64,000 nt of DNA from Dendrobates tinctorius (GCF_039654945.1 NW_027361713.1:7564001-7628000), one strand, 5' to 3'; counted from the first letter of the stretch, positions 36,588-52,163 are shown. Notes: generated by a model not told the origin, from the letters alone. Numbers and translations are program-made.

Positions 36588-37428
36588 TGAGGGTGTTAGT
36601 AATGCATTACCTGTGTGTTGTGAAGGAGTAACAAGGTGATTGGTGCTGAGTGTGGCACTCCATGCCCGTGAAGCCCTAAGAGACTGAGTGACGTCTCTCA
36701 CGCTACGGTAAGGATTGAGGGATCAGGTGCGAGTAGGCCTATGACACAGAGCAGAAGCATGATTCCGCTATAGAAGCAGCAATGATGAGGCCAAGAAAAC
36801 ATTAGTAAACATAAGAGGTATCGAGCGAGAAAAGCAATGCCTGAAAAAGTGAAGTGGAGAACAGGAGACAGAGAAATTGTTGTTCTTTCTGCTGAACTGT
36901 GTACAAATTTTGCAATATTTAAGTCTCGCTTTAATAAAGAGACCATGAAATGTTCTCCTTCTCATGCCATGACTTTCTTCGATGGGGTTGCTGCCTGTGC
37001 CTGATTTTCCTTGAGGGCACTTCAAATCAGATGCACCTCTATCAAGCTCTAGGGAATCCATTTTTAAAAAGAAAGAAACATAGCCCAAAAAGTCCTATTT
37101 ACATAACACATGTCTGATATTTTGCTGATGAAATAACAGTGCTGGGACACTGCTTAGAACAATGCATTGCGCCACTCTCGTCTTATCCTCCAATAAGTTT
37201 GTGAATAACTTGTGAACTTTGTGTTACCATGTGTGAATGTGTTCCTGTATGAGTGCTGACAGTATGTAGCAAGCTTTACATTACTCAAAGCAAAAGGACG
37301 ACATAATATCACATAGGCATTTATTTCACTATTACTTGGTGGTAATTTAATTCAATAACCAATGTATAGAAATGTACTACTACCATAGCAATTACACGGT
37401 AAGAACACAAAATAGAAAAAAACCTGAC

Positions 37429-37530
37429 CTGCAAAGCAAGTATGTAAATGTTATGTCCAACTTCACGTGGGGACACATCCGAGCTGTCGCCTTCATCTTC
37501 TTGATAATAAGCTTTCTTGATAACATCCAC
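37429..37530 (-). CDS. ITPR3: ITPR3 exon (VDVIKKAYYQEDEGDSSDVSPREVGHNIYILALQ)
   Basis: Acceptor ttaattag| and donor |gtcagg; 102 nt = 34 codons; SPREVGHNIYILALQ motif. Confidence 0.96.
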
Positions 37531-39392
37531 CTAATTAAAACATCTGAACTGTAAATCTTCATATTGCTTAGGATACATTTAGATCGGGACTTAAATGCAT
37601 CTTTTATTTCTACCCTTGTTGCTGGGCTTTATATAGTGCTAAGCTAGCACTTCTAGAAATAGCATATATTACCTTTATCATGTTATACATAACCATGCAC
37701 TTTCACTACCGATGACTCACTGCAGAACAATGTCAATGCAGCGTGTCCTATTTTGATGAGCTACTGTAGGTGCAATACACAGGTACTAGATTTAGGCAGG
37801 GATAGAAAAGGATATTCATTTCACAATCCAGTATTTTTATGTAAAATAGGGCAAGTTATTACAAAACCAAAAATACATTACAGCAAAAAATAATAATAGA
37901 TACAAATGATAAGAAAAAAGGGTGATATTTATCATCAAAATTATTTATTATTAATAGTAATAATTAATAAGATAACATTTTAAGGTCTAGTGCTATTTTC
38001 CGTGGAGAGACAAGTAAGGCTGGTTTTACACTTACCGCATTTTTTGCGGCCAGTTTTTTTGTGGAAATAGTATTGTAAAAAAAAAAGGCGGTACGCAAAA
38101 TCCGAAGTCACAGTGCGCCGCAAAAACAAACTTCCACTTGTTTTTGCGGCCCCATTGTTTTTCAATGGGGGCCGTGTCCGTACGCCGTGAAAAAGATCGA
38201 GCAAGCTCGATCTTTTATCATGGCAGCAAATATGGCCCCCACGGCCGTACGGTACACAGCGCACAGTGGAATTTTTGCTGGCCGATTTTACACCCCATAG
38301 GAATCTATTGGGGCCGCAAAATCGGCCCGTAAAGTCAAACATACATGGCTGAAATTATACTGCCAATGTGTCTGCTGTTAGGTTACCTTTAAGTTTTTTT
38401 TTTTTTGCATACAAGTATTAGTTTCTAATAACACCATTTTATGTTAGTGAAGGGGAAAAAAAAGCAATTCCCAATACATTTTTGGGGTTTCATTGTTACG
38501 CATACTTGTATGACATGTTAATTTCATTCTTTACTATCACAGCAATGTCAAATGTATATATTTTTTCTGCAATGCTACTTTTGAAAAAAAAAAAATATAT
38601 ATATAAAAATATATTTTTCAAAGTCACCATATTCTGAGAGCCATAATATTTTTATTCCACTAAAGGTGCTGTGTAAGGGCTTATATTTTACATGAACATT
38701 AACTTTATTTCTCCATTGTTGTTATTTTTCATCATGATGGATTATTAATGGTTTCATTATTTCATCATGATGGATGAATAAAACATTCGTGTTACGGTAT
38801 GATAGTTGCAGCAATACCAATCACATGCGCTTTCTTATGACTAGCTATTTTTTTTACATAGTAAAGCATCTTTTTCTTTGCATTACTTGACACGTGATCA
38901 ATAATTTAATAGTATGCTGGAATAGCTCTGTACTGCAGCGCATTATTCTTGCCAGAGTAAAGCACAGATTGCAGACCTGGGAGGCTTCTATAGGGTTCGG
39001 CATCTATAGGAAATCATTGACACCGCACAATCGCATTATGTGGCATCGATGAGTTGGCAGAAGGAGATCTAACTACATCATGTTTAAAAGGGTTTTGCAG
39101 GCTTCCAATATTTTTTGCTCATCAGACTGGCTCTATCTATAAATAAAAAATAGCCTTATTTAGCCCCTCGCCACCTGCTGCTCTAGCACGGCTTCTCCTG
39201 CTCACCCCCAACTTTGGTGACCTGACTGCAGCATGTGACCACTGCAGCTAATCATTGGGCACTGTGGTCTTGTGCCATCTACATCAGGTATACCGTAGCT
39301 GTATTTTAGCTGCAACATAGCCGTGTTTTTCAACACATCTAAATGAAGAGAGTTTTTGACCTGCAAATAATATATCATGAAGAGATGCCTAC

Positions 39393-39488
39393 CAGTTCCT
39401 GGGGTCGCAAACTCAGAAGAATTCTTTCTGCATTTTCACTGTCATGACGACTTTCCATGAGACCTAAAAGCAGCTTTGATGCGTTGTC
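39393..39488 (-). CDS. ITPR3: ITPR3 exon ([32 protein letters not shown])
   Basis: Not in the ORF track, translated by hand; acceptor acttacag| and donor |gtaggc; 96 nt = 32 codons; [14 protein letters not shown] is conserved in IP3Rs. Confidence 0.96.
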
Positions 39489-40663
39489 CTGTAAGTAGTG
39501 GAAGGTAGGTATCAAACACAAAGAAGATTTAATATATGGGCTAATCCTCTATTGACATTAAGAGTATTGGAAGGTATGGAGAAGTCCCAGGACTATATGA
39601 AAGCATGAGGAAGGACTGATAGGTTTATTAACCCCTTGCAGGTAGACAATTTTTCATTTTTGAATTTTCATTTCTCCTCCTATTCTTCCAAGAGACCAAA
39701 CTTTTTTTCATTTTTCTATTGACTATTTCCTATACAGTGTATGAAGGAGACAGTGAAATGACTGTCTGTTAACCATTAGATTTAGTTTCTATAGGTTTTA
39801 CTGCACCAACACATTTCAAATGGCCAGATACTGATGACCTACCCTTCGGAGAATATGTGCTTTTCTGCATCTCTGTTCTGTCCACTGCCAGAGCTTCTAA
39901 CAAGTGATCAGTAGGTCAGTAGGGTGCTGGAACTCGGCGATCTGATACTGATAACCTATACAATGTGTCGGTCATACGTGGTTCTGACTATACAGCAAAA
40001 CAGCCGAGGAAACAATGGATCATTGTTTAATGATGTTTCAATAGCAAATATCTCCCACCTATATAAAGTGGCTCAGTACCCCATAGGCTACAATGTGCTC
40101 AGCGTAAAAGCACCTTTTTAGGGAGAGCAGTAGATTGGGCAGTAGAATACACAGGCATTCTACACAAGCCATTCATTTGTTTCTCGTGCATTATTCATCC
40201 TGCTACAAAATAGCCTTAAAAATATAAATCTTTAATAAGAGCCCTATTTGGTCTTTAAGACTAAAAATGACTTGCAGACTCTCTGTTGGTTATTTTCAAG
40301 GGCTTTTGTTTTGCACATATTTACGAAGACCACAAAACACCAACAAATCCATGATTTCATTCTGAAATGAATATCATTCAAATTCTCATACATTAAGCAC
40401 AAGGCAAACTAAATGGATAACAAATCGATTACCCTAACCAGAACAGAAATAATGGATGTTGTTCTTTGCCTATAAATCTATGTAAAGTAAGGTGGCATTT
40501 TTATTATAAGTGGAATATGCCCTGCGATACTGCTGTTCCAAGCATGCATCCTAACGTTGCAACAGAAGAGTACCACCATGTGGACAAACCTCAAAAAATG
40601 GTATTACTAAGCAATTGAGACTATTTTCCTGACAAAAGACTATACAGGCATTGCAATTACATA

Positions 40664-42299
<1,636 letters not shown>

Positions 42300-42311
42300 T
42301 AGCACTATTTA

Positions 42312-45300
42312 CCATACAGCTCTGTATACCATATAGCTGTGTATACCATACAGCTCTGTACACCATATACATGTAGCTCTGTATGCCATACACCTCTATA
42401 TACCATATAGCTCTGTATGGCATATACCTCTATATACCCTATAACTCTGTATACCATATACCTCTATATACGCTATAGCTCTGTATACCATATAGCTGTG
42501 CATGCCATATAGCTCTATATACCATACAACTCTGTATACCATATAGCTCTGTATACCATATAGCTGTGTATACCATATAGCTCTGCATGCCATATACCTC
42601 TATATACAATATAGCTCTGTATACCCTATAGCTCTGTATACCATATAGCTGTGTATGCCATATAGCTCTGTATACCATATAGCTGTGTATGCCATATAGC
42701 TGTGTATGCCCTATAGCTGATTATGCCATATAGCTCATTATTCCATATAGCTCTGTATGCCATATACCTCTGTATACCATATAGCTATGTATGCCATATA
42801 CCTCTATATACCCTATAGCTCTGTATACCATATAGCTTTGTAAGCCATATACTTCTGTGTGCCATGTACCTCTGTATACCATATAGCTCTGTATGCCATA
42901 TAGCTCTTTATTCCATATAGCTCTGTATACCATATAGCTGTGTATGACCTACAGCTGTTTATGCGATATAGCTCTGTATACCATATGCCTCTATATACCA
43001 TATAGCTCTGTATACCATATAGCTCTGTATGCCATATACCTCTGTATACCATATAGCTCTGTATGCCATATAGCTCTTTATACTATACAGCTCTGTATAC
43101 CATATAGCTGTGTATGCCATATAGCTCTGTATGCCATATAGCTGTGTAAACCATATAGCTCTGTAAACCATAGAGATGTGTATACTATAAAGCTGTGCAT
43201 GTCATATAGCTCTTTATTCCATATAGCTCTGTATACCATATCTCTGTATGCCATATATTTGTGTATTCCATATAGCTCTGTATACACTATACCTCTGTAT
43301 GCCATATACCTCTGTATGCCATATAGCTCTGTATACCAAATAGCTGTGTATATCATATAGCTCTGTCACATAGCTCTTTTTGTCATATAGCTCTTTATTC
43401 CATATACAGTGGGGAAAAAAAGTATTTAGTCAGTCAGCAATAGTGCAAGTTCCACCACTTAAAAAGATGAGAGGCGTCTGTAATTTACATCATAGGTAGA
43501 CCTCAACTATGGGAGGCAAACTGAGAAAAAAAAATCCAGAAAATCACATTGTCTGTTTTTTTTTCATTTTATTTGCATATTATGGTGGAAAATAAGTATT
43601 TGGTCAGAAACAAGCAATCAAGATTTCTGGCTCTCACAGACCTGTAACTTCTTCTTTAAGAGTCTCCTCTTTCCTCCACTCATTACCTGTAGTAATGGCA
43701 CCTGTTTAAACTTGTTATCAGAATAAAAAGACACCTGTGCACACCCTCAAACAGTCTGACTCCAAACTCCACTATGGTGAAGACCAAAGAGCTGTCAAAG
43801 GACACCAGAAACAAAATTGTAGCCCTGCACCAGGCTGGGAAGACTGAATCTGCAATAGCCAACCAGCTAGGAGTGAAGAAATCAACTGTGGGAGCAATAA
43901 TTAGAAAATGGAAGACATACAAGACCACTGATAATCTCCCTCGATCTGGTGCTCCACGCAAAATCCCACCCCGTGGGGTCAGAATGATCACAAGAACGGT
44001 GAGCAAAAATCCCAGAACCACGCGGGGGACCTAGTGAATGAACTGCAGAGAGCTGGGACCAATGTAACAAGGCCTACCATAAGTAACACACTACGCCACC
44101 ATGGACTCAGATCCTGCAGTGCCAGACGTGTCCCACTGCTTAAGCCTGTACATGTCCGGGCCCGTCTGAAGTTTGCTAGAGAGCATTTGGATGATCCAGA
44201 GGAGTTTTGGGAGAATGTCCTATGGTCTGATGAAACCAAACTGGAACTGTTTGGTAGAAACACAACTTGTCGTGTTTGGAGGAAAAAGAATACTGAGTTG
44301 CATCCATCAAACACCATACCTACTGTAAAGCATGGTGGTGGAAACATCATGCTTTGGGGCTGTTTCTCTGCAAAGGGGCCAGGACGACTGATCCGGGTAC
44401 ATGAAAGAATGAATGGGGCCATGTATCGTGAGATTTTGAGTGCAAACCTCCTTCCATCAGCAAGGGCATTGAAGATGAAACGTGGCTGGGTCTTTCAACA
44501 TGCCAATGATCCAAAGCACACCGCCAGGGCAACGAAGGAGTGGCTTCGTAAGAAGCATTTCAAGGTCCTGGAGTGGCCTAGCCAGTCTCCAGATCTCAAC
44601 CCTATAGAAAACCTTTGGAGGGAGTTGAAAGTCCGTGTTGCCAAGCGAAAAGCCAAAAACATCACTGCTCTAGAGGAGATCTGCATGGAGGAATGGGCCA
44701 ACATACCAACAACAGTGTGTGGCAACCTTGTGAAGACTTACAGAAAACGTTTGACCTCTGTCATTGCCAACAAAGGATATATCACAAAGTATTGAGATGA
44801 AATTTTGTTTCTGACCAAATACTTATTTTCCACCATAATATGCAAATAAAATGAAAAAAAAACAGACAATGTGATTTTCTGGATTTTTTTTTCTCAGTTT
44901 GCCTCCCATAGTTGAGGTCTACCTATGATGTAAATTACAGACGTCTCTCATCTTTTTAAGTGGTGGAACTTGCACTATTGCTGACTGACTAAATACTTTT
45001 TTTCCCCACTGTAGCTCGGTATACCATACAGATGTGTATACCATATAGCTCTGTATGCCATATACCTCTGTATGCCATATACCTCTATATACCCTATAGC
45101 TCTGTATGCCATATACCTCTGTATGCCATATAGCTCTGTATACCATATAGCTCTGTATGCCATATACCTCTGTATACCATATAGCTGTGTATACCATATA
45201 GCTCTGTATGTCATATAGCTCTTTATTCCATATAGCTCTGTATACCATACAGCTGTGTATGCCATATACCTCTGTATACCCTATAGCTCTGTATGCCATA

Positions 45301-45490
45301 TACCTCTGTATGCCATATAGCTCTTTATGCCATATACCTCTGTGTGCCATATAGCTCTTTATGCCATATAGCTCTGTATGTCATATAGCTCTGTATACTA
45401 TACAGATGTGTATACCATATACCTCTGTATGCCATATACCTCTGTATGCAATATAGCTCTGTATGACATATAGGTGTGTATACCATATGC
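42312..45490. repeat. 18-bp minisatellite (CCATATAGCTCTGTATAC variants) split by a Tc1 insertion
   Basis: Tandem units on both sides of 43407-45011; source of the many repetitive MVYRAIWY-type ORFs. Confidence 0.95.
43407..45011 (+). mobile_element. Second copy of the Tc1 family at 30888; inactive (1-bp deletion near 44024 and catalytic D to A)
   Basis: Near-identical to 30888-32493; TA TSD inside the minisatellite; ORF split into 43774-44034 and 44034-44795; FQHANDPKH. Confidence 0.96.
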
Positions 45491-45865
45491 TCTCAATGTT
45501 CAGTAAAAACCTGAGAGAAGCAGGAAGAGAAGCTCGTTGTCACATGACCATAACTATGAAAATCGCATATGAGTGAAGTGTCCATGTGATGAGTACTGGA
45601 ACCTGCAGAGCTGAGTCCTGACATTGCAGCTTCTGAATTCTCACAACGAATGTACTGCACACTTTTAGGATTCTCCCTTGCCGATGTACAATCATGTCAG
45701 CACTAGAGTTGAGCGAAACGGGTCGAAAAAATTCAAAAGTCGCCGACTTTTGGCAAAGTCGGGTTTCATGAAACGAAACCTGACCCTAGGATGAGGTCAG
45801 CCACGAGGTCGGCGACTTACGCGCCAAAGTCGCGTTTCAAAAGTTTGTTTTGCGCTCTTTTTCAG

Positions 45866-45985
45866 CCAATCAGGATCCACGGACACTGTGGGCAACGTGA
45901 TGACATAGGCACGGGTCACCACCATCTTTCAGAAGGGCATGCAAGTGATTGGCTTGCTTTGGTGGGCGTCACAGGGGGTATAAAA
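45866..45985 (+). promoter_or_regulatory. Putative internal Pol II promoter of the hAT element
   Basis: CCAAT at 45866-45870, inverted CCAAT (ATTGG) at 45948-45952, GGGCGT and TATAAAA at 45979-45985, oriented towards the transposase. Confidence 0.6.
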
Positions 45986-46275
45986 GGGCGTGCACGCCGA
46001 CCGCCATCATACTTCTGCCGATCTTAGCATAGGGAGAGGTTGCTGCTGATTCTGTAGGGAGAGCGTTAGGCAGGGAAGAAGACCAAAAAACTGCTTCTGC
46101 TGCTAGCGATTTGGCCTGCACAACACACCAGTCACTGTGTGTGCAGTGCAAGGGGAGGCTATATAGTGGTGTATCAGTGGTGTTGGTTGTTGGGCTGCCT
46201 TCTAAGGCTTCCTGACAGGCTGGCATTGCTGTTTACCCACTGCTCCGCAAACTGCTTTTTTAAAAGCAATCCAAT

Positions 46276-48228
46276 CTCACTTATCCTCTAGTCACTTTGG
46301 TCACAGCTGTGCCATCGAGCCTGTCACATAGCGCTCAGATATTCATTGGGCCTCACACAATCCAAAAGTGTCCAGTGTCCAAAAGTGTGTGCAGAGATTC
46401 AAACTCTCACTTATCCTCTAGTCACTTAGGTCACAGCTGTGCCATCGAGCCTGTCACATAGCGCTCAGATATTCATTGGGCCTCACACAATCCAAAAGTG
46501 TCCAGTGTCCAAAAGTGTGTGCAGAGATTCAAACTCTCACTTATCCTCTAGTCACTTAGGTCACAGCTGTGCCATCGAGCCTGTCAAATAGCGCTCAGAT
46601 ATTCATTGGGCCTCACACAATCCAAAAGTGTCCAGTGTCCAAAAGTGTGTGCAGAGATTCAAACTCTCACTTATCCTCTAGTCACTTAGGTCACAGCTGT
46701 GCCATCGAGCCTGTCACATAGCGCTCAGATATTCATTGGGCCTCACACAATCCAAAAGTGTCCAGTGTCCAAAAGTGTGTGCAGAGATTCAAACTCTCAC
46801 TTATCCTCTAGTCACTTAGGTCACAGCTGTGCCATCGAGCCTGTCACATAGCGCTCAGATATTCATTGGGCCTCACACAATCCAAAAGTGTCCAGTGTCC
46901 AAAAGTGTGTGCAGAGATTCAAACTCTCACTTATCCTCTAGTCACTTAGGTCACAGCTGTGCCATCGAGCCTGTCACATAGCGCTCAGATATTCATTGGG
47001 CCTCACACAATCCAAAAGTGTCCAGTGTCCAAAAGTGTGTGCAGAGATTCAAACTCTCACTTATCCTCTAGTCACTTAGGTCACAGCTGTGCCATCGAGC
47101 CTGTCACATAGCGCTCAGATATTCATTGGGCCTCACACAATCCAAAAGTGTCCAGTGTCCAAAAGTGTGTGCAGAGATTCAAACTCACACTTATCCTCTA
47201 GTCACTTAGGTCACAGCTGTGCCATCGAGCCTGTCACATAGCGCTCAGATATTCATTGGGCCTCACACAATCCAAAAGTGTCCAGTGTCCAAAAGTGTGT
47301 GCAGAGATTCAAACTCTCACTTATCCTCTAGTCACTTAGGTCACAGCTGTGCCATCGAGCCTGTCACATAGCGCTCAGATATTCATTGGGCCTCACACAA
47401 TCCAAAAGTGTCCAGTGTCCAAAAGTGTGTGCAGAGATTCAAACTCTCACTTATCCTCTAGTCACTTAGGTCACAGCTGTGCCATCGAGCCTGTCACATA
47501 GCGCTCAGATATTCATTGGGCCTCACACAATCCAAAAGTGTCCAGTGTCCAAAAGTGTGTGCAGAGATTCAAACTCTCACTTATCCTCTAGTCACTTAGG
47601 TCACAGCTGTGCCATCGAGCCTGTCACATAGCGCTCAGATATTCATTGGGCCTCACACAATCCAAAAGTGTCCAGTGTCCAAAAGTGTGTGCAGAGATTC
47701 AAACTCTCACTTATCCTCTAGTCACTTATGTCACAGCTGTGCCATCGAGCCTGTCACATAGCGCTCAGATATTCATTGGGCCTCACACAATCCAAAAGTG
47801 TCCAGTGTAAAAAAGTGTGTGCAGAGATTCAAACTCTCACTTATCCTCTAGTAACTTAGGTCACAGCTGTGCCATCGAGCCTGTCACATAGCGCTCAGAT
47901 ATTCATTGGGCCTCACACAATCCAAAAGTGTCCAGTGTCCAAAAGTGTGTGCAGAGATTCAAACTCTCACTTATCCTCTAGTCACTTAGGTCACAGCTGT
48001 GCCATCGAGCCTGTCACATAGCGCTCAGATATTCATTGGGCCTCACACAATCCAAAAGTGTCCAGTGTCCAAAAGTGTGTGCAGAGATTCAAAATCTCAC
48101 TTATTCTCTAGTCACTTAGGTCACAGCTGTGCCATCGAGCCTGTCACATAGCGCTCAGATATCAGTGGGCCTCACACAATCCAAAAGTGTCCAGTGTCCA
48201 AAAGTGTGTGCAGAAATTTAAAATCTCC
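46276..48228. repeat. 15 x 130-bp tandem array inside the hAT element, upstream of the transposase
   Basis: TTATCCTCTA recurs every 130 bp from 46281 to 48101; units are nearly identical and have no spacers. Confidence 0.97.
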
Positions 48229-48304
48229 CCTGTCCTATAGACACCTTGTACCTTGTTTTACATACTATATAGTTTGTTGGATTTTGTCTACATTTCTACC
48301 AAAA

Positions 48305-51300
48305 ATGAGGAAGGCTGGTGGAAGAGGCCGTGGAATTGGGCGGGGGTTGGCAGCTGGTAATGATGGTGTTGGTGGTGGATCTGATGGTAGTGGCAAGAGC
48401 AAAATAGGACCGAATGCAGGAGGTGTTGAGCCTGCGTCATCGTCTCGCTACATAAGGCCTCGAACGCTTAGTTTTCTAGGAGTTGGCAAACCGCTTTTAA
48501 AGCCAGAGCATCAGGAAAAAGTTTTGTCTTACATTGCTGACTCAGCCTCCAGCTCTATCGCCTCCTCTTCTTCAGTTGTAAAAAGTAAAAGCACTGAGTC
48601 GTCATTGGAGGCTCATGTTCATGAACCACACCTTTCCTTGTGTCCTTCACCCCAACCAAGATTGAAGGATGACGCAGGCCATACTACTGATTACTCCATG
48701 GAGCTGTTTTCACATACCATGCCTGGATTATCAAGTGAAATGGTGAATTACCCAGGCCAAGATGAATCTGACATGGAGTGCACTGATGCACAGCCGCTGA
48801 TGGATGATTCTGCTGGTACATTCACTCAGAGCACTACATTGTCCTCGCAGTGTACAGAGCCAGATTCTGACCCTGATGAGACTCAGGTGCCCCTTCCCGC
48901 ACACTATACCACCATACACGGTGACACAGAGGAAGGTGCACATGACATAGAAGAGGAGGTGATGGATGACCCAGTTGTTGACCCAGATTGGCATCCATTG
49001 AGGGAAGAGGGTGCTGCTTCCAATAGCTCAGATGAGGAGCATCCACAGCAGACATCGACATCGCAACAGCTGTTATCTGGCAGGCCCGGAGCACTCCAAA
49101 GACAGGTTCCAAACATCAAAAGAGTTGCTGGACAGCTTGTCCAGAGGGTCAAAAGATCACAGCGTGCTAGGCCGCAAAATGTCTGCCAAAGTAGGAAGAG
49201 TGCAGTGTGGCACTTTTTTGAACAAAATCCTCATGATCAGGCCAAGGTTATCTGTAAGAAGTGCGCAAAGACCTTTAGCCGAGGGAAAAATCTGAAAAAT
49301 TTGAATACCAGTTGCATGCTTAGACATTTAACCAGCATGCACTTGCAAGCGTGGACACAACACCAAACCTCAAGTGCCACATGTGCAACTGATCACAACG
49401 AAGGTAGTCATCAACGCTACATTGTTTCCCCCACTGTAAGCCCACCGGTTAGCACAGCAGCAAATGTTGAGGTGTCGTTGCAAGGCCACAGCAGTCGGGG
49501 AATCCCACTGTTATATCAACGAAAGACTGATTCTAGGCCATCAGAAAGAACACCAACTCCATCACCATCATCAACCCTCTCTCAGTCCGCCCTGTCCACC
49601 GCTACTTCCACCATATGCAGCTCTCAAGTCCAGCTCACCCTCCCAGACACTATGAGTAGGTCAAGAAAGTACTCAGTCTCTCATCCGCGTACACTGGGTT
49701 TGAACGCCCACATTGCCAAACTAATCTCGTTTGAGATGATGCCCTTTCGGTTGGTGGAAAGCACAGCTTTCCGCGAACTCATGGCCTATGCAGTACCACG
49801 CTATGACCTACCCAGTCGCCACTTCTTCTCTCGCAAAGCCATCCCAGCCCTCCATCATCATGTGAAAGACCGCATTGTCCATGCACTCAAGCAGTCAGTG
49901 AGCGGAAAGGTGCACCTCACAACTGATGCATGGTCCAGTCGGCATGGCCAGGGCCGTTATGTGTCCATCACTGCGCACTGGGTTAATGTGGTGGATGCAG
50001 GGTCCACAGGGGACAGCGGTGGTGGGACAGTGCTGCCTAGCCCACGGTATAGGAAACAGTTGGCTGTAGGCGTTCCACCCTCCTCCTCCTCCAGAAGCGA
50101 AAGCTCGTCCACAGAGCGCAGTCGTACGAGCACTCCATCTGCAGCTGCCACTGTTGCACACGATGTGTCCCCCTATCGAGCAGCTAGTGGAAAGCGTCAG
50201 CAGGCTGTGTTGCAGATGATGTGTTTGGGCCGAGTACTTGAAGCGACAAACTGAGTCATGGCTGGGCAGTGTACATCTTGAGGCAGGCAAGGTAGTTAGT
50301 GATAACGGCCGTAATTTTGTGGCAGCCATAGCCCTTTCAAAACTCAGCCACATACCTTGCTTGGCTCACACCTTGAACCTGGTGGTGCAGTGCTTGCTCA
50401 AAAATTATCCGGAGTTAACAGCCCTGCTCCAGAAGGTGCGAAGACTGTGCGCGCACATCCGCCGGTCGCCTGTACACTCCGTTCGTATGCAGAAGCTGCA
50501 GCGATTGCTCCACCTTCCCAACCACCGCCTCATTATCGACATTGCAACAAGGTGGAACTCCACCCTGCACATGGTGGAGCGGCTGTGCGAGCAGAGGCAG
50601 GCCATAATGCATTTGTGGGAGGATACACGGCCAGGCACTTTGAGAGCAGACATGGAGTTGACAGGTGTGCAGTGGTCGAAGCTGAAAGACCTCTGTAAAG
50701 TCCTTCAGTGTTTTGAGGAATGCACACGGCTGGTAAGCGCAGACGACGCCATCCTAAGCATGAGCATCCCACTTATGCGTCTGCTCATGCAAACTTTGAC
50801 GCACCTTAAGGAGCAGGCGTCTGCAGCCAATGTTGATGAGGAGGAAGAGGAGGAGGGAATCCTTGATGACATTCAGCCATTGTCTGCTCAGGGACCTCTC
50901 CTGGACGAGGTGGAGGAAGAAGAGGAGGAGGAGAATGATGATGGGGATGATTACTTAGGGGAGGAGGATGCATCTCGTGGGGCAAGTGAAAATGTTGGCG
51001 TGGCAAGGTCTGGTACAGGGTTTGTGCGTGACTGGAGGGATGTGGATTTGCCAGAAAGTGCTCCTCCAACCAGCACTCGCAGTGCATCATTGACACCGGG
51101 AACATTGGCCCACATGTCAGATTATGCCTTGCGGATCCTAAAAAGGGACCCCCGCATTGCCAAAATGATGAACGATGACGACTACTGGTTGGCCAGCATC
51201 CTGGATCCACGCTATAAAGGCAAATTACAAAACATCATGCCACAGGAGAACCTTGACCTAATATTGGCTAATAAACAAGCAACTCTGGTAAATCGGTTGC

Positions 51301-51803
51301 TTGAGGCATTCCCAGCACACAGCAGCGGTGATGGTTCTCGTACGGGCCGGGGGCAGCTTGGCAGAGGTTTTCGTGGTGCACACAGCAGAAGTGGCGTTGG
51401 AGACAGGGGTTTCATGACAATGCTGTGGACTGATTTTTCAAATACCGCTCACACAACTGGTAATACTGCATCGATGGAAAGTGACAGGAGACAGCAGTTG
51501 TCAACCATGGTTACAAACTACTTTTCCTCCCATATCGATGTTCTCCCACACAGGTCATTCCCCTTTGACTATTGGGCCGCTAAACTGGACACCTGGCCTG
51601 AATTGGCACAATATGACTTACAGGAGCTCGCTTGCCCAGCTGCAAGTGTGCTATCGGAAAGAGTCTTCAGTGCAGCTGGATCAATCCTGACAGAAAAAAG
51701 GACCCGTCTGTCAACCCAAAATGTGGATGATCTAACCTTCATTAAAATGAACCATGCATGGGTTTCCAAGGATTTTGTCCCACCTTCCCCTGATGACACA
51801 TAG
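48305..51803 (+). pseudogene. hAT transposase (about 1,160 aa reconstructed), broken by one frameshifting deletion near 50228
   Basis: ATG at 48305; BED finger SAVWHFF..CKKC..HLTSMH; LTTDAWS (D1), VVSDNGRN (D2), CLAH (CxxH), TRWNS, CPAASVLSERVFS (E, dimerisation domain). The frame changes at CLG/AEYLKRQTESW, where the usual HT(G/A) segment is absent. Confidence 0.93.
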
Positions 51804-51982
51804 GGTGACAGAAAAATGGCTTGCTTTGGTCCACCTCTTCCTGGGACTTGACCTATTTTGCCTTTTGCATCAGCTGAATGTCCAACATCAACATATGCCA
51901 CTTTCTAAAACTCCCTATCTGTGCTGCCCCCCCCCATGGCCGGGGTCACCACCTAGCGCACGACACCGTGCGAGTGCCGTTG

Positions 51983-52163
51983 CCCTGGACAGGTGGGTAG
52001 GCCGACTCTTGGGCGCGGGCACTGGCACAGGGTCCCTCATAGTGCAATCAAGTGTCTCTGACGGTGGTGGTGCACACCCGCCGTCAGACACACCGCTGTA
52101 CTATGAGGGGCCCAGTGCCAGTACCGACGCCCACGAGTGGGCCCCCCTTGCTTGGGCAGGGCC
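51983..52163 (+). other. Long imperfect hairpin downstream of the transposase stop
   Basis: Arms of about 85-90 nt around a GTGCA apex (CACTGGCACAGGGTCCCTCATAGTGCA versus TGTACTATGAGGGGCCCAGTGCCAGT; CTGACGGTGG versus CCGCCGTCAG). Confidence 0.8.

Noticed and set aside
42396-45350. Numerous 60-240 aa repetitive ORFs (also 1224-1999, 8680-9418, 52285-53204, 55481-56143, 62314-63491)
   Set aside because: They are translations of stop-poor minisatellites in several frames, with no domain signal.
46276-48228. CRISPR-like appearance of the 130-bp and 124-bp arrays
   Set aside because: Units are head-to-tail and near-identical with no unique spacers, there are no cas genes, and the context is a vertebrate intron.
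48194-48304. ORF-track start of the hAT transposase at 48194
   Set aside because: This is a GTG inside the last tandem-repeat unit; the first in-frame ATG in good context is at 48305.
50220-50260. Programmed frameshift or intron joining the two hAT ORFs
   Set aside because: There is no slippery heptamer or convincing small intron, and a normally conserved HT(G/A) segment is missing, so a deletion is the simpler explanation.
51936-51990. Possible HDV-like ribozyme starting GGCCGGGGTC
   Set aside because: Only a small hairpin (CGCACG-acac-CGTGCG) is evident; I could not build the nested double pseudoknot.
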